In this document: in pieces, positions 40,584 through 51,596 of the stretch | Position numbering within the stretch: the first letter of the stretch is position 1 | Layout: every line of letters starts with the position of its first letter | Assembly (NCBI GenBank): GCA_050302275.1 | Contig: JBNLAT010000003.1 | Span: 37,877 to 101,876 of the forward strand | Reading direction: 5' to 3' | DNA from: Thiohalomonadaceae bacterium | GTDB lineage: Bacteria; Pseudomonadota; Gammaproteobacteria; Thiohalomonadales; Thiohalomonadaceae | Length of the DNA: 64,000 nucleotides | Notes under the pieces: model-generated | What the model saw: only the letters and a program-made list of their open reading frames with translations | The model's database searches: none | What the model was told of the DNA's origin: nothing | Translations under genes and position numbers: made by a program

Positions 40584-41933
40584 CTAGAAATACCGCAGTG
40601 CGGTCAGTTGTGCCGTCCAGCGATCGTTCTCATAGAACCGCACGGTCGATGTCTGTTTTCGATAATCAAGATCCGCTTCCAGTTGCCAGTTACGGGCAAT
40701 GCTGCGACGCCATTGCAGATTGATATCCACCGCGTCATCGATGCGATCTCGTGTTGTGGTACCCGGATTGTAGAGTGGATGCGGCGCATAGCTGTCAGCG
40801 TAGTCGGTACGACTGAGATTCAATGCGGTTGAAAGCTGATGCCCACCGGCGAGAACGAAATCGAATCGGCCACCCAGGACATAACGCAGCGCATCACCGC
40901 CGTTGCGATCATTACTCGCACTCTCCTGTTCGAGATCGAGTGTCAGCGCACCACGCATTTGCGGGTTCCAGGTTTTATTCAGCTCGCCACTCAGGGCGGT
41001 CATGTTGTAATCGTAAGTATCGGGGTCAAAACGATAGCTGTGCAGCTTGAGTCCCAACCGTCCCTGCATGCCTGCGTCGAGACGACGTTCCCAGAAAGCG
41101 CTAGCGCCGATGTGATCGCGGAAGCTGCTGTTATCCAGCCACAGTTTGTTGGCCTGCAGCCCGAGATCGTAGCTATTGCTTGCATCCAGTTTGCTCTTCA
41201 GCAACACACCGGCATGTAGCAATCCCAGATTGAACTGGGTTGCATCACTATCCTGATAGTTACGAATCTGGGCGTGGAAGGTTGTCTGTAGCTGTCTGTC
41301 ATCACTCAGCTTGTAGGGTTGCCACCAGGTACCGCGCAACAGGCTGAAAGCGCTTTCCATAGGCGAAACAGTGAGTAGCAGCCCGCCAAGGTCCAGGCCC
41401 ATATCGGGATAACTGCCGACATTGCTGTCGTAGCCGACACTCAATCCCAGCAAACGCACGGGACGTGGAGTACCGGAGAGTCGGGGCCGAAGAATGTCCT
41501 GAAAACGCGCCATGCTCTCTTGCGCCGCAGGTGGCGGATTTTGGGTCTTGAGAATATCGAGCTGTTCCTGGGCCTGCTGGTCCATACCGAGTTGCACATA
41601 GGCACCGACCAGTTCCATCCGCGCCGCGGCATAGTTAGGCTGTGTCTGTACAACACGTTCCAGTGCAAATACTGCCTGGGCTGGCTTGCCTGCACGCATG
41701 GCGGCGATGCCCAGCAGATAATCGAATTCAGGATCGCCCGCCTCATCCATCGAGGCTTTTTCCAGCAGTTCATAGGCCTGCTGGTATTTCTCCGCTGCAA
41801 GTAATTTTTTTGCCTGTGACTGGGCAGCACTTTCAGCCTGCACCTGGAGAGGTAGGACGAAGCTTAGTAAGAACAGTGCGGAGATGATACCGCGACAGAC
41901 AGACAAGAAAGGTGTCGATGATGAGATAGTCAT
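40584..41933 (-). CDS. TPR + C-terminal beta-barrel outer-membrane protein, Slam/DUF560 (type XI secretion)-like
   Basis: Start chosen at MTISSST (GAGGGAA SD); the track ORF starts at 41984. Signal peptide (VQA/ES), about 100 aa of TPR, then alternating beta-strands from GYDSNV to the C-terminal ...TAQLTALRYF. Its size (~450 aa) and architecture match Slam/NilB-type proteins. The family call itself is uncertain (about 0.55). Confidence 0.8.
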   Translation of the reverse strand: MTISSSTPFLSVCRGIISALFLLSFVLPLQVQAESAAQSQAKKLLAAEKYQQAYELLEKASMDEAGDPEFDYLLGIAAMRAGKPAQAVFALERVVQTQPNYAAARMELVGAYVQLGMDQQAQEQLDILKTQNPPPAAQESMARFQDILRPRLSGTPRPVRLLGLSVGYDSNVGSYPDMGLDLGGLLLTVSPMESAFSLLRGTWWQPYKLSDDRQLQTTFHAQIRNYQDSDATQFNLGLLHAGVLLKSKLDASNSYDLGLQANKLWLDNSSFRDHIGASAFWERRLDAGMQGRLGLKLHSYRFDPDTYDYNMTALSGELNKTWNPQMRGALTLDLEQESASNDRNGGDALRYVLGGRFDFVLAGGHQLSTALNLSRTDYADSYAPHPLYNPGTTTRDRIDDAVDINLQWRRSIARNWQLEADLDYRKQTSTVRFYENDRWTAQLTALRYF

Positions 41934-42045
41934 CGGTGTTCCCTCATTTTTCCCCAACCCTGCGCTGCTTACCTGGAGCAGCACTATATAACTGCTATTC
42001 TAAGGTTCCCGTTTGTGTGATGTCCATCACAATGATGAGGGAATG

Positions 42046-44271
42046 CTATTTCTCGCTGCGAACGTAGACACCATGCCATTCTTCTCCCAGAGACTGCTCA
42101 CGTAACTCTGCAATTCGCTGGCGGAAAAGGCTATATAACACCAATTCTGGCTGGCGTTCCTGCAGTGTCGCAAACAGTTCATCGGCCTCATCCCAGCGAC
42201 GACCGCGGTATGCCGCCTGCGCCTGATCGAGCAGTTCGATCTCCTGTAATAGCGCGGCACCGCCCTTGTTGCGATGACAAACGGGCTGATAGATATGCAC
42301 CGCCTGGGCTTTACCCTTCACCTGAATCAGATCCAGATCTCGGTAGAGGAAAACATCCCCGGCCAGTTCGCGAGTACGCTCACCGATCACCAGCCCAACA
42401 CCATAATATTTGGTGGTGGCTTCCAGGCGTGACCCCAGATTGACCGAGTCGCCCAACACGGTATAGCTACGGCGATACTCGGACCCCATGTCACCGACGC
42501 TCATCATGCCGCTATTGATACCAATGCCGATATTGGCGGGTGGCCAGCCAAGGGCGGCAAACTCGTGCTTGAGCTGCTCTACTTCGATCTGCATCTGTAA
42601 TGCCGCCTCAATCGCGTGCACCGCATGTTGCGAATCGTCTACTGGGGCGCCCCAAAAGGCCATCACCATATCGCCGACGTATTTATCGATCGTGCCCTGA
42701 TGATTAAAGATGATGCGGGTCATCGGGGTGAAGAAGCGGTTGAGATAACGCTTCAACTCATCCGCCTGGAGCGATTCCGAAATAGTGGTAAAACTACGAA
42801 TATCAGAAAAGAGAACGGTCAATTCCCGCGCCCGTCCCTCGGTATCATATTCATCGGGACGCTCGCTCATCTCCTCAACCAATTGCGAAGGCACGTACTG
42901 GCCGAAGATACCTTTCAAACGCAACTTGGTTAGTGATTCGAAGAAGAAACCCCAGGCGAGATTACCCATGACCAACAACGTTATTAACAGCAATGGCCCG
43001 GCAAGATTGAGTACCAGGCCCTGACTACTCCAGAACCATTCGGTTACGCCGATTACCATCGCCGCGCTGAGCGTGCTCAAGGCCAGCAGTCCGGCGATCG
43101 GCACGCGAGGTAGCGCAAAGATCAACAACAAACCCGGAAACAGGCTCAATAGTAGATTGGCGCCACGGGACCAGGATGGCACTACCAGATAGCGGTTATC
43201 GAGCATCGACGAAATCAGATTGGCGTGAACCTCTACCCCTGGATAACTCGGGGCAATCGGCGTAGCGCGTAGATCAAACAGACCTGCCGCCGTGGTACCG
43301 ATCAAAACGATGGTGCCAGCCAATTGCTCGGGGGAAGCCTCATCACGTAAAACCGTGGCCGCGGAGACATAGGGAAAACTGCCTTGCGGTCCACGATAAG
43401 GAATCAACATATTCCCGATCCCATCAAGCGGAACCGACAACGCCTCACCAAAACGGAGAAACTCGATATTCTCGTTATCACGTATGGGTTTACTTACCAA
43501 CGTCGCCTCTTGCAGAAACATAAAGCGACGAACAGCTGCCAGCGCCAGAGAGGGATAGATTTGATCCTGATAACGATTGATCAATGGTACCCGGCGCACC
43601 ACCCCATCGATATCGGGGAACAGACTGAAGAAACCACCGCTACTTGTCGCCTGCTGCAACACGGGTACCGAACCGGTATAACCAGCCATCGGTTTGAGTT
43701 TGAGCAGTCTAACAATTTCTGGATTCGTTAATGGCAGAGGATTAGGAAGCTGACCGGCTGTCTCTTTGCGCGAGGGATCGAACACAAAACCTAACACCAC
43801 CTCACTATCGCGTAACGCCTCTGCCAGCACAGCATCAGCATCAAGCATCGGTGCTAACGTAGACAGCTCCTGTTTAACACCCGCGAACTGTTGCTCGCCG
43901 GGAAGACGCTGAACCAGTTCACGCGCAGGATTTCGCTCGGGTTCCGCTAACAACATATCCAGCGCGATCACCACCGCACCGGCTTCGTGTAATTTGGTGA
44001 TCAGTTCACCGATGGTGCGACGACTCCAGGGCCAGCGGCCGATCTGGTGCAGGGAGGTTTCGTCGATATCAACGATGACGATGCGCGGATCGACTTCGAC
44101 CTTTTCAGGCACATGGGCCTGCATCCGCTGGTTGTAGACAAACAACTCGAGACGCTGGAACAGCTCCTCCATCCCCGGAATGGAACCGTATTCCAGTGCC
44201 AGCACAAACAGCGTTAGCACTACGCCAAGACCTGTGGCCATGCGTCTGGATTGTTTGTGACTTAATGCCAT
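42046..44271 (-). CDS. CHASE2 sensor domain-containing class III adenylate/guanylate cyclase
   Basis: 741 aa. N-terminal TM; CHASE2 signature (IVIVDIDETSL...GRWPWSRR...VIALDMLLAEP); three TM helices; cyclase homology domain (LTVLFSDIRSFTTISE...GDMVMAFWGAP...GSRLE); TPR-like tail. Confidence 0.92.
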   Translation of the reverse strand: MALSHKQSRRMATGLGVVLTLFVLALEYGSIPGMEELFQRLELFVYNQRMQAHVPEKVEVDPRIVIVDIDETSLHQIGRWPWSRRTIGELITKLHEAGAVVIALDMLLAEPERNPARELVQRLPGEQQFAGVKQELSTLAPMLDADAVLAEALRDSEVVLGFVFDPSRKETAGQLPNPLPLTNPEIVRLLKLKPMAGYTGSVPVLQQATSSGGFFSLFPDIDGVVRRVPLINRYQDQIYPSLALAAVRRFMFLQEATLVSKPIRDNENIEFLRFGEALSVPLDGIGNMLIPYRGPQGSFPYVSAATVLRDEASPEQLAGTIVLIGTTAAGLFDLRATPIAPSYPGVEVHANLISSMLDNRYLVVPSWSRGANLLLSLFPGLLLIFALPRVPIAGLLALSTLSAAMVIGVTEWFWSSQGLVLNLAGPLLLITLLVMGNLAWGFFFESLTKLRLKGIFGQYVPSQLVEEMSERPDEYDTEGRARELTVLFSDIRSFTTISESLQADELKRYLNRFFTPMTRIIFNHQGTIDKYVGDMVMAFWGAPVDDSQHAVHAIEAALQMQIEVEQLKHEFAALGWPPANIGIGINSGMMSVGDMGSEYRRSYTVLGDSVNLGSRLEATTKYYGVGLVIGERTRELAGDVFLYRDLDLIQVKGKAQAVHIYQPVCHRNKGGAALLQEIELLDQAQAAYRGRRWDEADELFATLQERQPELVLYSLFRQRIAELREQSLGEEWHGVYVRSEK

Positions 44272-44326
44272 TCAGGCTTTCCGCATCGAGGGGTCATACG
44301 GGCATTCTACTGTGCCCGTATCGGTT

Positions 44327-45808
44327 TTAGCCAATGCTGGCGTTGCTGCGGGAATATTTGCTGGCCAACTGACGTAGCCGGGAGGTTAATTCCGGTGTGA
44401 CTGCGTTCCAGTCGAAACGCCAGCGCCAGTTGCCCTGTGGCACACCGGGAACATTCATACGATCTTCGCTGCCGAGAGATAGAATATCCTGCATAGGAAT
44501 AATCGCCTGACGCGCCACTGAAGCATAGGCCGTTTCGATCAACGGCCAGGGCATTGGCTCACTGGGAAAACCGAGAGACTCCATCACCTTGTGCTGCTGC
44601 CAGTCGGCCAGCGAATTAAACCAGCCGACAGTGGTATCGTTATCATGCGTACCAGTGTAGACCACGCTATCTACCGTGTGATGATGTGGCAGGTAAGGAT
44701 TGTCTTCCTGTCCATCGAAGGCGAACTGCAGGATCAACATACCGGGGAAATAGAATTTACGCCTTAGTGCGGTGACTTCGGGAGTAATAATACCCAGATC
44801 TTCCGCGAGGATCGGTAACTCACCGAAGTGATTCAGCAGCGAAGTAAACAGCGCTTCGCCGGGCACCTTGATCCAGCGACCATTAATCGCCGTTTCCTCG
44901 TGAACAGGGATCTCCCACGACGCCTCAAAACCGCGAAAGTGGTCGACGCGGAACATGTCGAACAGCTCCAGATGTTGCGCCACCCGTTTTTTCCACCAGC
45001 CGAAATCATCGGCTTCCATCCACTCCCAATCGTAGTAAGGATTTCCCCAGCGCTGACCGGTTTCGGAAAAATAGTCGGGGGGCACACCGGTGACGACGGT
45101 CGGCTTACCCTGATCATCAAGCAGAAAAGCACAACGCTGTGCCCAGACATCGGCACTGTCATAGGCAACAAAAATCGGCATGTCGCCGAGGATCGCAATG
45201 CCAGATGCGTTGGCATAGTCACGAATACGGTGCCACTGCCGATAGAAGAAGAACTGCATAAAACGATGCAGATCAACTTGCTCGCCTTCTGTGCGACGCA
45301 CTGCGGCCAATGCCTCGGTATGTCGATCACGAAATTCGACCGGCCACTCATCCCAACGCTGATCGTCAAAACGCTGCTTTAGTACCCGGAACATGGCGTA
45401 ATCATCGAGCCAATGTCCCTGCTGTGCACAGAATGCCCTGAACTGTTCGGAAAAACGCCCCGCAGTGCGGTAGAGATGATAGTGCAGTGTCACCAGTTCC
45501 ATGCGCGACATATGGTGATGCCGCTCATCGTGCATCTCCTGCGGCAGTTCTTCCATTAACCACTGACGTCCCACCAGTTCGGGATTACCGGCAAAAGCGG
45601 ATAGCGCCTGATAGGGAGAAAGATCCTCGTGCACCGGACCGAGCGGTAACATCTGCCAGATACGTTGTCCGGCATCGGCAAGAAAATCGACAAAGCGCAG
45701 GGCCTCGTCACCCAGTTCGCCAAAATCGCCATCGCCGGGGAGAGAGGTTGGATGTAACAAAACCCCGGCGCCACGTTGCGCCAGGGTGAAAACGTTCTTA
45801 TCAGCCAT
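44327..45808 (-). CDS. malQ: 4-alpha-glucanotransferase (GH77)
   Basis: GAGVLLHPTSLPG N-terminal motif and GH77 blocks. Start placed at MADKN (ATGGCTGA overlap with the GH57 stop). The track ORF starts at 45832. Confidence 0.92.
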   Translation of the reverse strand: MADKNVFTLAQRGAGVLLHPTSLPGDGDFGELGDEALRFVDFLADAGQRIWQMLPLGPVHEDLSPYQALSAFAGNPELVGRQWLMEELPQEMHDERHHHMSRMELVTLHYHLYRTAGRFSEQFRAFCAQQGHWLDDYAMFRVLKQRFDDQRWDEWPVEFRDRHTEALAAVRRTEGEQVDLHRFMQFFFYRQWHRIRDYANASGIAILGDMPIFVAYDSADVWAQRCAFLLDDQGKPTVVTGVPPDYFSETGQRWGNPYYDWEWMEADDFGWWKKRVAQHLELFDMFRVDHFRGFEASWEIPVHEETAINGRWIKVPGEALFTSLLNHFGELPILAEDLGIITPEVTALRRKFYFPGMLILQFAFDGQEDNPYLPHHHTVDSVVYTGTHDNDTTVGWFNSLADWQQHKVMESLGFPSEPMPWPLIETAYASVARQAIIPMQDILSLGSEDRMNVPGVPQGNWRWRFDWNAVTPELTSRLRQLASKYSRSNASIG

Positions 45809-47510
45809 GCTGCTCATGCAGTTCCTGTCCACGACGCATCACACCGCCGGCCTCGGCTTCACCACCACCGAGGGAGATCACCTTTTGCAATGAGGCAGGG
45901 GACGTTTCACCCAGACATTGATACAACGCGTGGAGTTGATGTCGATAAAGCTTGTCGAACTCCTGTACCGAGTCGGCAGGGTTATAGTCACCAAACCACC
46001 AGAACCAGTCTGAAGCTTCGCAAATACCCAGTTGCCGTTCAGCAAGCAGGCGCTGTTCCTCACTTAAGCTCCCTTCCGCCATCACCCGGTCATAAACCTG
46101 CTTGGCTTCCATTAGCAGTTCCCAACCACGATTCTTGTCCTTACTGCCAATCCAGGTGGAGAAGGTACCGTAGACCCAGCTGCCCGCTACCAGATGTGGC
46201 AAATGCTGAGGCTGCACGCCCTGTTGCAGACAATCGCTGAAGGTGGTCAGTTCAATCTCGGGGGATTCGCTCAAGCGGGCATAGAGCGTAGTCAGAAAGT
46301 GATAGCCATTTTCCGGGTAGTACTCCCAGGCGTTCTCGCCATCCATGATGATCGACACCACACGGTTAGGATCATCGGCACAGGCCGTGGCGATATTTTG
46401 CAGGTGATGAATCAAATTATTCACCGCGTCGCGGCTATGCCAGTCGGCGAAGGTGAAGCCGATCAGATCGGAGAGGCCATCGTCGCGGAAGAAACAGGTG
46501 ATCGGCGCGCCGTCAAAACTGAAAGGATGGTGTATACAACCCTCTGCTGACACGCCACTCTGCTTCAAACTGTTGCGCATCACCGACTCGCCACTGGCGG
46601 TCCAGTGAAAACCTGACTCGGCCAACAATTTGAGTGTCTCGTTGCTCAGCGCACCCTCGGATGGCCAGCAACCCTTTGGCCGAAAGCCGAAGTGATTTTC
46701 AAACACCCGCAAGCCTTCTTCGATATGCCAATGCACCCGCTCCTCACCACCGGGATAGGATGCATTTGTTGGCAAAGGCGCATCGGGCATCGCCTGATGG
46801 GTAGTATTCATATCCAGCAATAGCGGCATGATCGGATGACCATAGGGAGTCAGCGTGAGTTCGACTCGCCCCTCCTGCGCCAGATAACGGTAACGCTCCA
46901 GTGTCTCACCCAGCAGTTCACCGATAATCGCCAGCAGCTCATGGCGATCTTTTTCGTTGTAGTCACGCTGCTTCTGCAATAGCGCTTTAACTCGTGATTC
47001 GTGCAGTCGCACGGTTTCACCCAACCAGGCAAGGTGATACCAGACCAACAGATCGATCAGGAACTGCTCACTGCAATAGCGCACCGATTCAGGTTGCTTC
47101 AGCAGTTGATTAGCAAGATTGGCAAGGTGGTGAAAAGCGCTAAAGCGATTGATCATCCGTTTAGCATTGGCCCGCAGGCAACGTTTGATCAATTCCAGTT
47201 TGTGCGCCTCTTCGATGCTGGAGAGATCGCCAACTAACGCCGCCAACAGGGCATCGCGCAAAGGCGTACCCTGCTGACGATATGCGCTGATCTGATCGGC
47301 GTAGTCGTCGATTTGCTCCAGCAGAGTGGGTGAAAAATTGACCACCGCCCGCGCCGCCGGATTGGCCTCCAGCAGTGCGGCCATGTCGACGTAATCTTTA
47401 ATACCGTGGAGATAGGTCCAGGGTTGCTGATACTCGCCGCTGATCGCATCGCGGTAATCGGGCTGGTGCATATGCCACAGCAGGACAACCTTCAATCGGT
47501 TAGCGGACAC
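45801..47510 (-). CDS. glycoside hydrolase family 57 protein (alpha-glucan active)
   Basis: 569 aa with N-terminal [13 protein letters not shown], typical of GH57. Overlaps the glgC stop by 11 nt. Confidence 0.85.
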   Translation of the reverse strand: MSANRLKVVLLWHMHQPDYRDAISGEYQQPWTYLHGIKDYVDMAALLEANPAARAVVNFSPTLLEQIDDYADQISAYRQQGTPLRDALLAALVGDLSSIEEAHKLELIKRCLRANAKRMINRFSAFHHLANLANQLLKQPESVRYCSEQFLIDLLVWYHLAWLGETVRLHESRVKALLQKQRDYNEKDRHELLAIIGELLGETLERYRYLAQEGRVELTLTPYGHPIMPLLLDMNTTHQAMPDAPLPTNASYPGGEERVHWHIEEGLRVFENHFGFRPKGCWPSEGALSNETLKLLAESGFHWTASGESVMRNSLKQSGVSAEGCIHHPFSFDGAPITCFFRDDGLSDLIGFTFADWHSRDAVNNLIHHLQNIATACADDPNRVVSIIMDGENAWEYYPENGYHFLTTLYARLSESPEIELTTFSDCLQQGVQPQHLPHLVAGSWVYGTFSTWIGSKDKNRGWELLMEAKQVYDRVMAEGSLSEEQRLLAERQLGICEASDWFWWFGDYNPADSVQEFDKLYRHQLHALYQCLGETSPASLQKVISLGGGEAEAGGVMRRGQELHEQHG

Positions 47511-48768
47511 GGTGCAGATCCTGACCCAACATTTCGGGAGTCACGAGCACCACGCCATTTGCGGTCACATGAAAACGTTTTTCGTCGGCCTCACGATCAA
47601 CGCCGATTTCTGTCCCATCTTCGATCAGACACTGTTCATCGATAATCGCTTTTCGAATGCGACAGTTTTTACCGATGGTCACGTTGGGCAGAACCACCGA
47701 ATCCTTGATCGAGCTGTAGGCATGCACCTCGACATTGGAAAACAGCAATGAGTGACGAACCAGCGCGCCAGAGATAATACAGCCCCCGGAAACCATCGAA
47801 TCCACGGCCATGCCGCGACGATCATCGTCGTCAAAAACGAACTTGGCCGGCGGCAGTTGCTCCTGATAGGTCCAGATAGGCCAGTCACGATTGTAGAGAT
47901 TCAGTTCCGGGGTAACACCGATCAACTCCATATTGGCCGTCCAGTAGGCGTCCACGGTCCCCACATCGCGCCAGTAGCGTTTGCTACCCGTTTTGGGATC
48001 GCGGAAGGGATAGGCATAGACCCGACTTTCCCTGATCGCCTGGGGAATGATGTCCTTACCGAAATCGTGGGCTGAATCGCTCTGTGCGGCATCGCTGATC
48101 AGCGCATCGTAAAGAAACTCGGTATTAAAGATGTAGATCCCCATCGAGGCAAGTGAGGTTTCAGGGTTGCCCGGAATCGTCGAGGGCTCGGCCGGTTTTT
48201 CGGCAAAATCGGTCACCCGTAGCTGGTCATCCACCTGCATCACCCCGAAGGAACGGGCTTCATCCACCGGAACCTCGAAGCAGCCGATGGTCATGTCCGC
48301 TTCGGTTTCCGCGTGGGCGGCCAACATCGGACCATAGTCCATCTGGTAGATATGATCCCCGGCAAGGATCAGTACATATTCCGGACGATGGGTATGGATA
48401 ATATCCATATTCTGGTAGAGCGCATCAGCGGTTCCCGCATACCACTGCTCCCCGACCCGCTGCTGCGCAGGCAACAATTCGATGAACTCACCCAGTTCAC
48501 CACGCAGGAAACTCCAGCCCAGTTGCACATGGCGAATCAGCGAGTGGGCCTTATACTGGGTCAGGATACCGATGCGGCGAATACCTGAGTTGATACAGTT
48601 AGAGAGAGGGAAATCGACAATGCGGAATTTGCCGCCAAATGGGACAGCGGGTTTGGAACGCCATGAGGTCAGTCCCATCAATCGAGTCCCCGCCCCTCCG
48701 GCGAGAATGAGCGCAAGCGTCTCTCTTGTCAGACGGCTGACAAAACGCGGTGTGTTCGTCTGTGGCAT
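47500..48768 (-). CDS. glgC: glucose-1-phosphate adenylyltransferase
   Basis: 422 aa with [21 protein letters not shown] and a C-terminal LbH domain. Confidence 0.96.
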   Translation of the reverse strand: MPQTNTPRFVSRLTRETLALILAGGAGTRLMGLTSWRSKPAVPFGGKFRIVDFPLSNCINSGIRRIGILTQYKAHSLIRHVQLGWSFLRGELGEFIELLPAQQRVGEQWYAGTADALYQNMDIIHTHRPEYVLILAGDHIYQMDYGPMLAAHAETEADMTIGCFEVPVDEARSFGVMQVDDQLRVTDFAEKPAEPSTIPGNPETSLASMGIYIFNTEFLYDALISDAAQSDSAHDFGKDIIPQAIRESRVYAYPFRDPKTGSKRYWRDVGTVDAYWTANMELIGVTPELNLYNRDWPIWTYQEQLPPAKFVFDDDDRRGMAVDSMVSGGCIISGALVRHSLLFSNVEVHAYSSIKDSVVLPNVTIGKNCRIRKAIIDEQCLIEDGTEIGVDREADEKRFHVTANGVVLVTPEMLGQDLHRVR

Positions 48769-48896
48769 AGATTCCCCGAAAGAGTCACAAAATAATTGCT
48801 ACCACATGGTAGGCTTTAGCCATCCATGAGCCTCTATCCCTGTAGTCACTCTAAGCATAGACTAGGTTTATCAGAACGCAGCAATATGAACTTCTT

Positions 48897-51062
48897 ATGA
48901 CTAATTTTGTGGAAGGAATCCAGCGCCTGCTCGAAGGCCGTCATCACGACCCGTTCGAAGTACTGGGCAGGCATTCAGTAGACAAAGGTGAGGTTATCCG
49001 TGTCTACCTCCCGCGCGCTGCCTCGGTAGAGGTGGTCTGTGGTGACAAACGTCTGCCGATGGAGCGCTACCGCCAGACCGATCTTTTTCAGTGGCAGGGC
49101 AACAACTGCCCCCACGCTAAGTCGTACCAGATCTGCTGGTACGACGGCGCCGGTAACGAACACATGCAGTATGACCCCTATCGCTACCCTCCCATGCTCA
49201 CCGACTGGGATCTGGTCCGTTTCCGCGATGGACAGCACTCTCACGCGGGGAAAATGCTCGGTGCTCACCCCAGCCACCATGAAGGTGTGGATGGCGTACG
49301 CTTCGCCGTCTGGGCACCTAACGCCACACGGGTCAGCGTAGTGGGTGACTTCAACCACTGGGACGGTCGCTGCCATCCGATGCGTAATCGAGGCAGCAGC
49401 GGGATCTGGGAGCTGTTTATCCCCGAGCTTCCCCTCGGCAGTCTCTACAAATTCGAACTGCGCGACCAGCAGGGGCGTATCCACGTCAAAACCGATCCCT
49501 ATGGCCGACGTTTCGAACACCGTCCGGCCACCGCCGCCATCGTCGAGGAATCGCAACATCAATGGGCGGATGGCGAATGGATGGCACAACGCAAGCGAGC
49601 CGAATGGCAGCATCGACCGATGTCGATCTACGAGGTTCACGCAGGTTCCTGGCAACGCCATGCCGACGGCGGCTTTCTCAGTTACCGTGAACTGGCTGAG
49701 GGATTAATCCCTCATGTGAAAGGGCTGGGATTCACCCATATCGAGTTGCTGCCGGTCAGCGAGCATCCGCTGGATGCCTCCTGGGGTTACCAGACCACCG
49801 GCTACTTCGCCCCCAGCAGTCGTTTTGGCTCACCGGATGATCTGCGCTATTTGATCGACCTCTGCCATCAAAACGACATCGGTGTGATCCTCGACTGGGT
49901 CCCGGCACACTTTCCCAAAGACGATTGGGCACTCGCCCGTTTCGACGGCACCACCCTCTACGAACACGAAGACCCGCGCCGTGGTGAACATCGCGACTGG
50001 GGCACGCTGATCTTCAACTACGGCCGCAATGAGGTGAAAAATTTCCTCCTCTCCAGCGCCCTCTACTGGCTGGAAGAGTTTCACATGGACGGCCTGCGGG
50101 TCGATGCCGTCGCCTCCATGCTCTATCTCGACTATTCGCGCCAGGCCAATGACTGGGTACCGAACATTCACGGCGGTAATGAAAACCTGGAGGCGATCCA
50201 GTTCCTGCGTGAACTGAATATCCTGCTCCATCAGGAACATCCTGGGGCACTCTCCATGGCCGAGGAGTCGACCGCCTGGCCGATGGTTTCGCGCCCCGTC
50301 GATATGGGTGGCCTTGGTTTTTCGATGAAGTGGAATATGGGCTGGATGCACGACACCCTCAACTACATGCACAAGGACCCGGTCTACCGCAAACACCACC
50401 AGAATAACCTGACCTTTGGCATGCTCTACGCCTTCAGTGAGAACTTCATCCTGCCCTTCTCTCACGATGAAGTGGTGCACATGAAACGCTCGATGCTAGA
50501 GAAGATGCCGGGCGATGACTGGCAACGTTTTGCCAACCTGCGTGCGCTCTACACTTACATGTACGCCTCACCCGGCAAGAAGTTGCTGTTTATGGGCAGC
50601 GAGTTCGCTCAGGCAAAAGAGTGGGACCATGACAGTGCACTGGAGTGGCATCTCTACGACTATCCGCAACATCACGGCATTCACAAATTGTTGGCAGATC
50701 TGAATCGACTCTACACTTCGCATCCTGCCCTGTACTACAACGACTTCGAAGCGCAGGGTTTTCAGTGGCTCGACTGCAACGATAGTGAACACTCCATCAT
50801 CAGCTTCCTGCGCCACGGCGACGGCAAAAGCGTTGCGGTGATCTTCAATTTCACCCCAATACCTTATGACGGTTATCGCCTGGGTGTCCCTGCCGAAGGT
50901 AATTACCGTCTGCTATTTAACAGCGATGCCGGTGAGTATGGCGGCAGCGATATGGGGCAGATCCCGCGCTTCGAGAGTGAAGCCAAACCAGGGATGGGAC
51001 AACCGCACTCGATCGTCATCACCTTGCCGCCCCTGGCAGGGCTGGTGATCGAGCGAGAATAA
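48897..51062 (+). CDS. glgB: 1,4-alpha-glucan branching enzyme
   Basis: 721 aa. GH13 catalytic blocks ([37 protein letters not shown]). Confidence 0.96.
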   Translation: MTNFVEGIQRLLEGRHHDPFEVLGRHSVDKGEVIRVYLPRAASVEVVCGDKRLPMERYRQTDLFQWQGNNCPHAKSYQICWYDGAGNEHMQYDPYRYPPMLTDWDLVRFRDGQHSHAGKMLGAHPSHHEGVDGVRFAVWAPNATRVSVVGDFNHWDGRCHPMRNRGSSGIWELFIPELPLGSLYKFELRDQQGRIHVKTDPYGRRFEHRPATAAIVEESQHQWADGEWMAQRKRAEWQHRPMSIYEVHAGSWQRHADGGFLSYRELAEGLIPHVKGLGFTHIELLPVSEHPLDASWGYQTTGYFAPSSRFGSPDDLRYLIDLCHQNDIGVILDWVPAHFPKDDWALARFDGTTLYEHEDPRRGEHRDWGTLIFNYGRNEVKNFLLSSALYWLEEFHMDGLRVDAVASMLYLDYSRQANDWVPNIHGGNENLEAIQFLRELNILLHQEHPGALSMAEESTAWPMVSRPVDMGGLGFSMKWNMGWMHDTLNYMHKDPVYRKHHQNNLTFGMLYAFSENFILPFSHDEVVHMKRSMLEKMPGDDWQRFANLRALYTYMYASPGKKLLFMGSEFAQAKEWDHDSALEWHLYDYPQHHGIHKLLADLNRLYTSHPALYYNDFEAQGFQWLDCNDSEHSIISFLRHGDGKSVAVIFNFTPIPYDGYRLGVPAEGNYRLLFNSDAGEYGGSDMGQIPRFESEAKPGMGQPHSIVITLPPLAGLVIERE

Positions 51063-51209
51063 TTGCAACAAATGTAAAAAGTCTGCACAGCATCGATTAA
51101 TTCCCAAATAGCACTGCACGATGAAGTGACATTTTTTACCTGCTTAGGTAGGCTGAAACACGTCGGATAACTTGACTCATCCACTGGACACCAATACGAG
51201 GTTACCAAG

Positions 51210-51554
51210 ATGATTAAAGGACTATTCAAGGCAATCGACGATAAAAACGCGGCCTCTTTCGCCAAGTTCCTCTCTCACGACTGTACCTTCCGCTTCGGCA
51301 ACGGTGCGCCCGTCGCGGGCAAAGAAAACATCAGAAACTATGTTTCCGGATTCTTTGACTCCATCGACGGACTCTCCCACAACATTACTGACACCTGGGA
51401 TCTACCCGATGGTAAGGTTTGTCATGGCACGGTTACCTATACGCGCAAGGACAGTTCAAAACTGAGTGTACCGTTCTCGACGATCGTTAAAGGCGGTGAC
51501 AGGGGAATTAGCGAATATCTGATCTTCGCCGATATCTCACAACTATATAACTAA
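51210..51554 (+). CDS. NTF2/SnoaL-like fold small protein
   Basis: 114 aa. The pattern FLSHDCTFRFGNG...G...I..Y is typical of SnoaL-like/NTF2 proteins. Function unknown. Confidence 0.6.
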   Translation: MIKGLFKAIDDKNAASFAKFLSHDCTFRFGNGAPVAGKENIRNYVSGFFDSIDGLSHNITDTWDLPDGKVCHGTVTYTRKDSSKLSVPFSTIVKGGDRGISEYLIFADISQLYN

Positions 51555-51560
51555 CCCGAC

Positions 51561-51589
51561 GGGCCGGAGTCCTGTTACGACTCCGGCCC
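51561..51589. terminator. hairpin between convergent genes (possible bidirectional terminator)
   Basis: GGGCCGGAGTC-CTGTTAC-GACTCCGGCCC: 11-bp perfect stem with weak or absent U-tracts. Confidence 0.45.
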
Positions 51590-51596
51590 GCCTCGG

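Noticed and set aside
35087-44271. Possible genomic island at tRNA-Leu carrying the TRAP and FecR/Slam/cyclase genes
   Set aside because: There is no integrase, transposase or distal direct repeat of the tRNA 3' end at the far boundary. The only repeat is 143 bp away. The TRAP genes have core-like composition. The cyclase module is somewhat AT-richer on a few hand-counted lines, which is not enough to call an island without whole-genome comparison.
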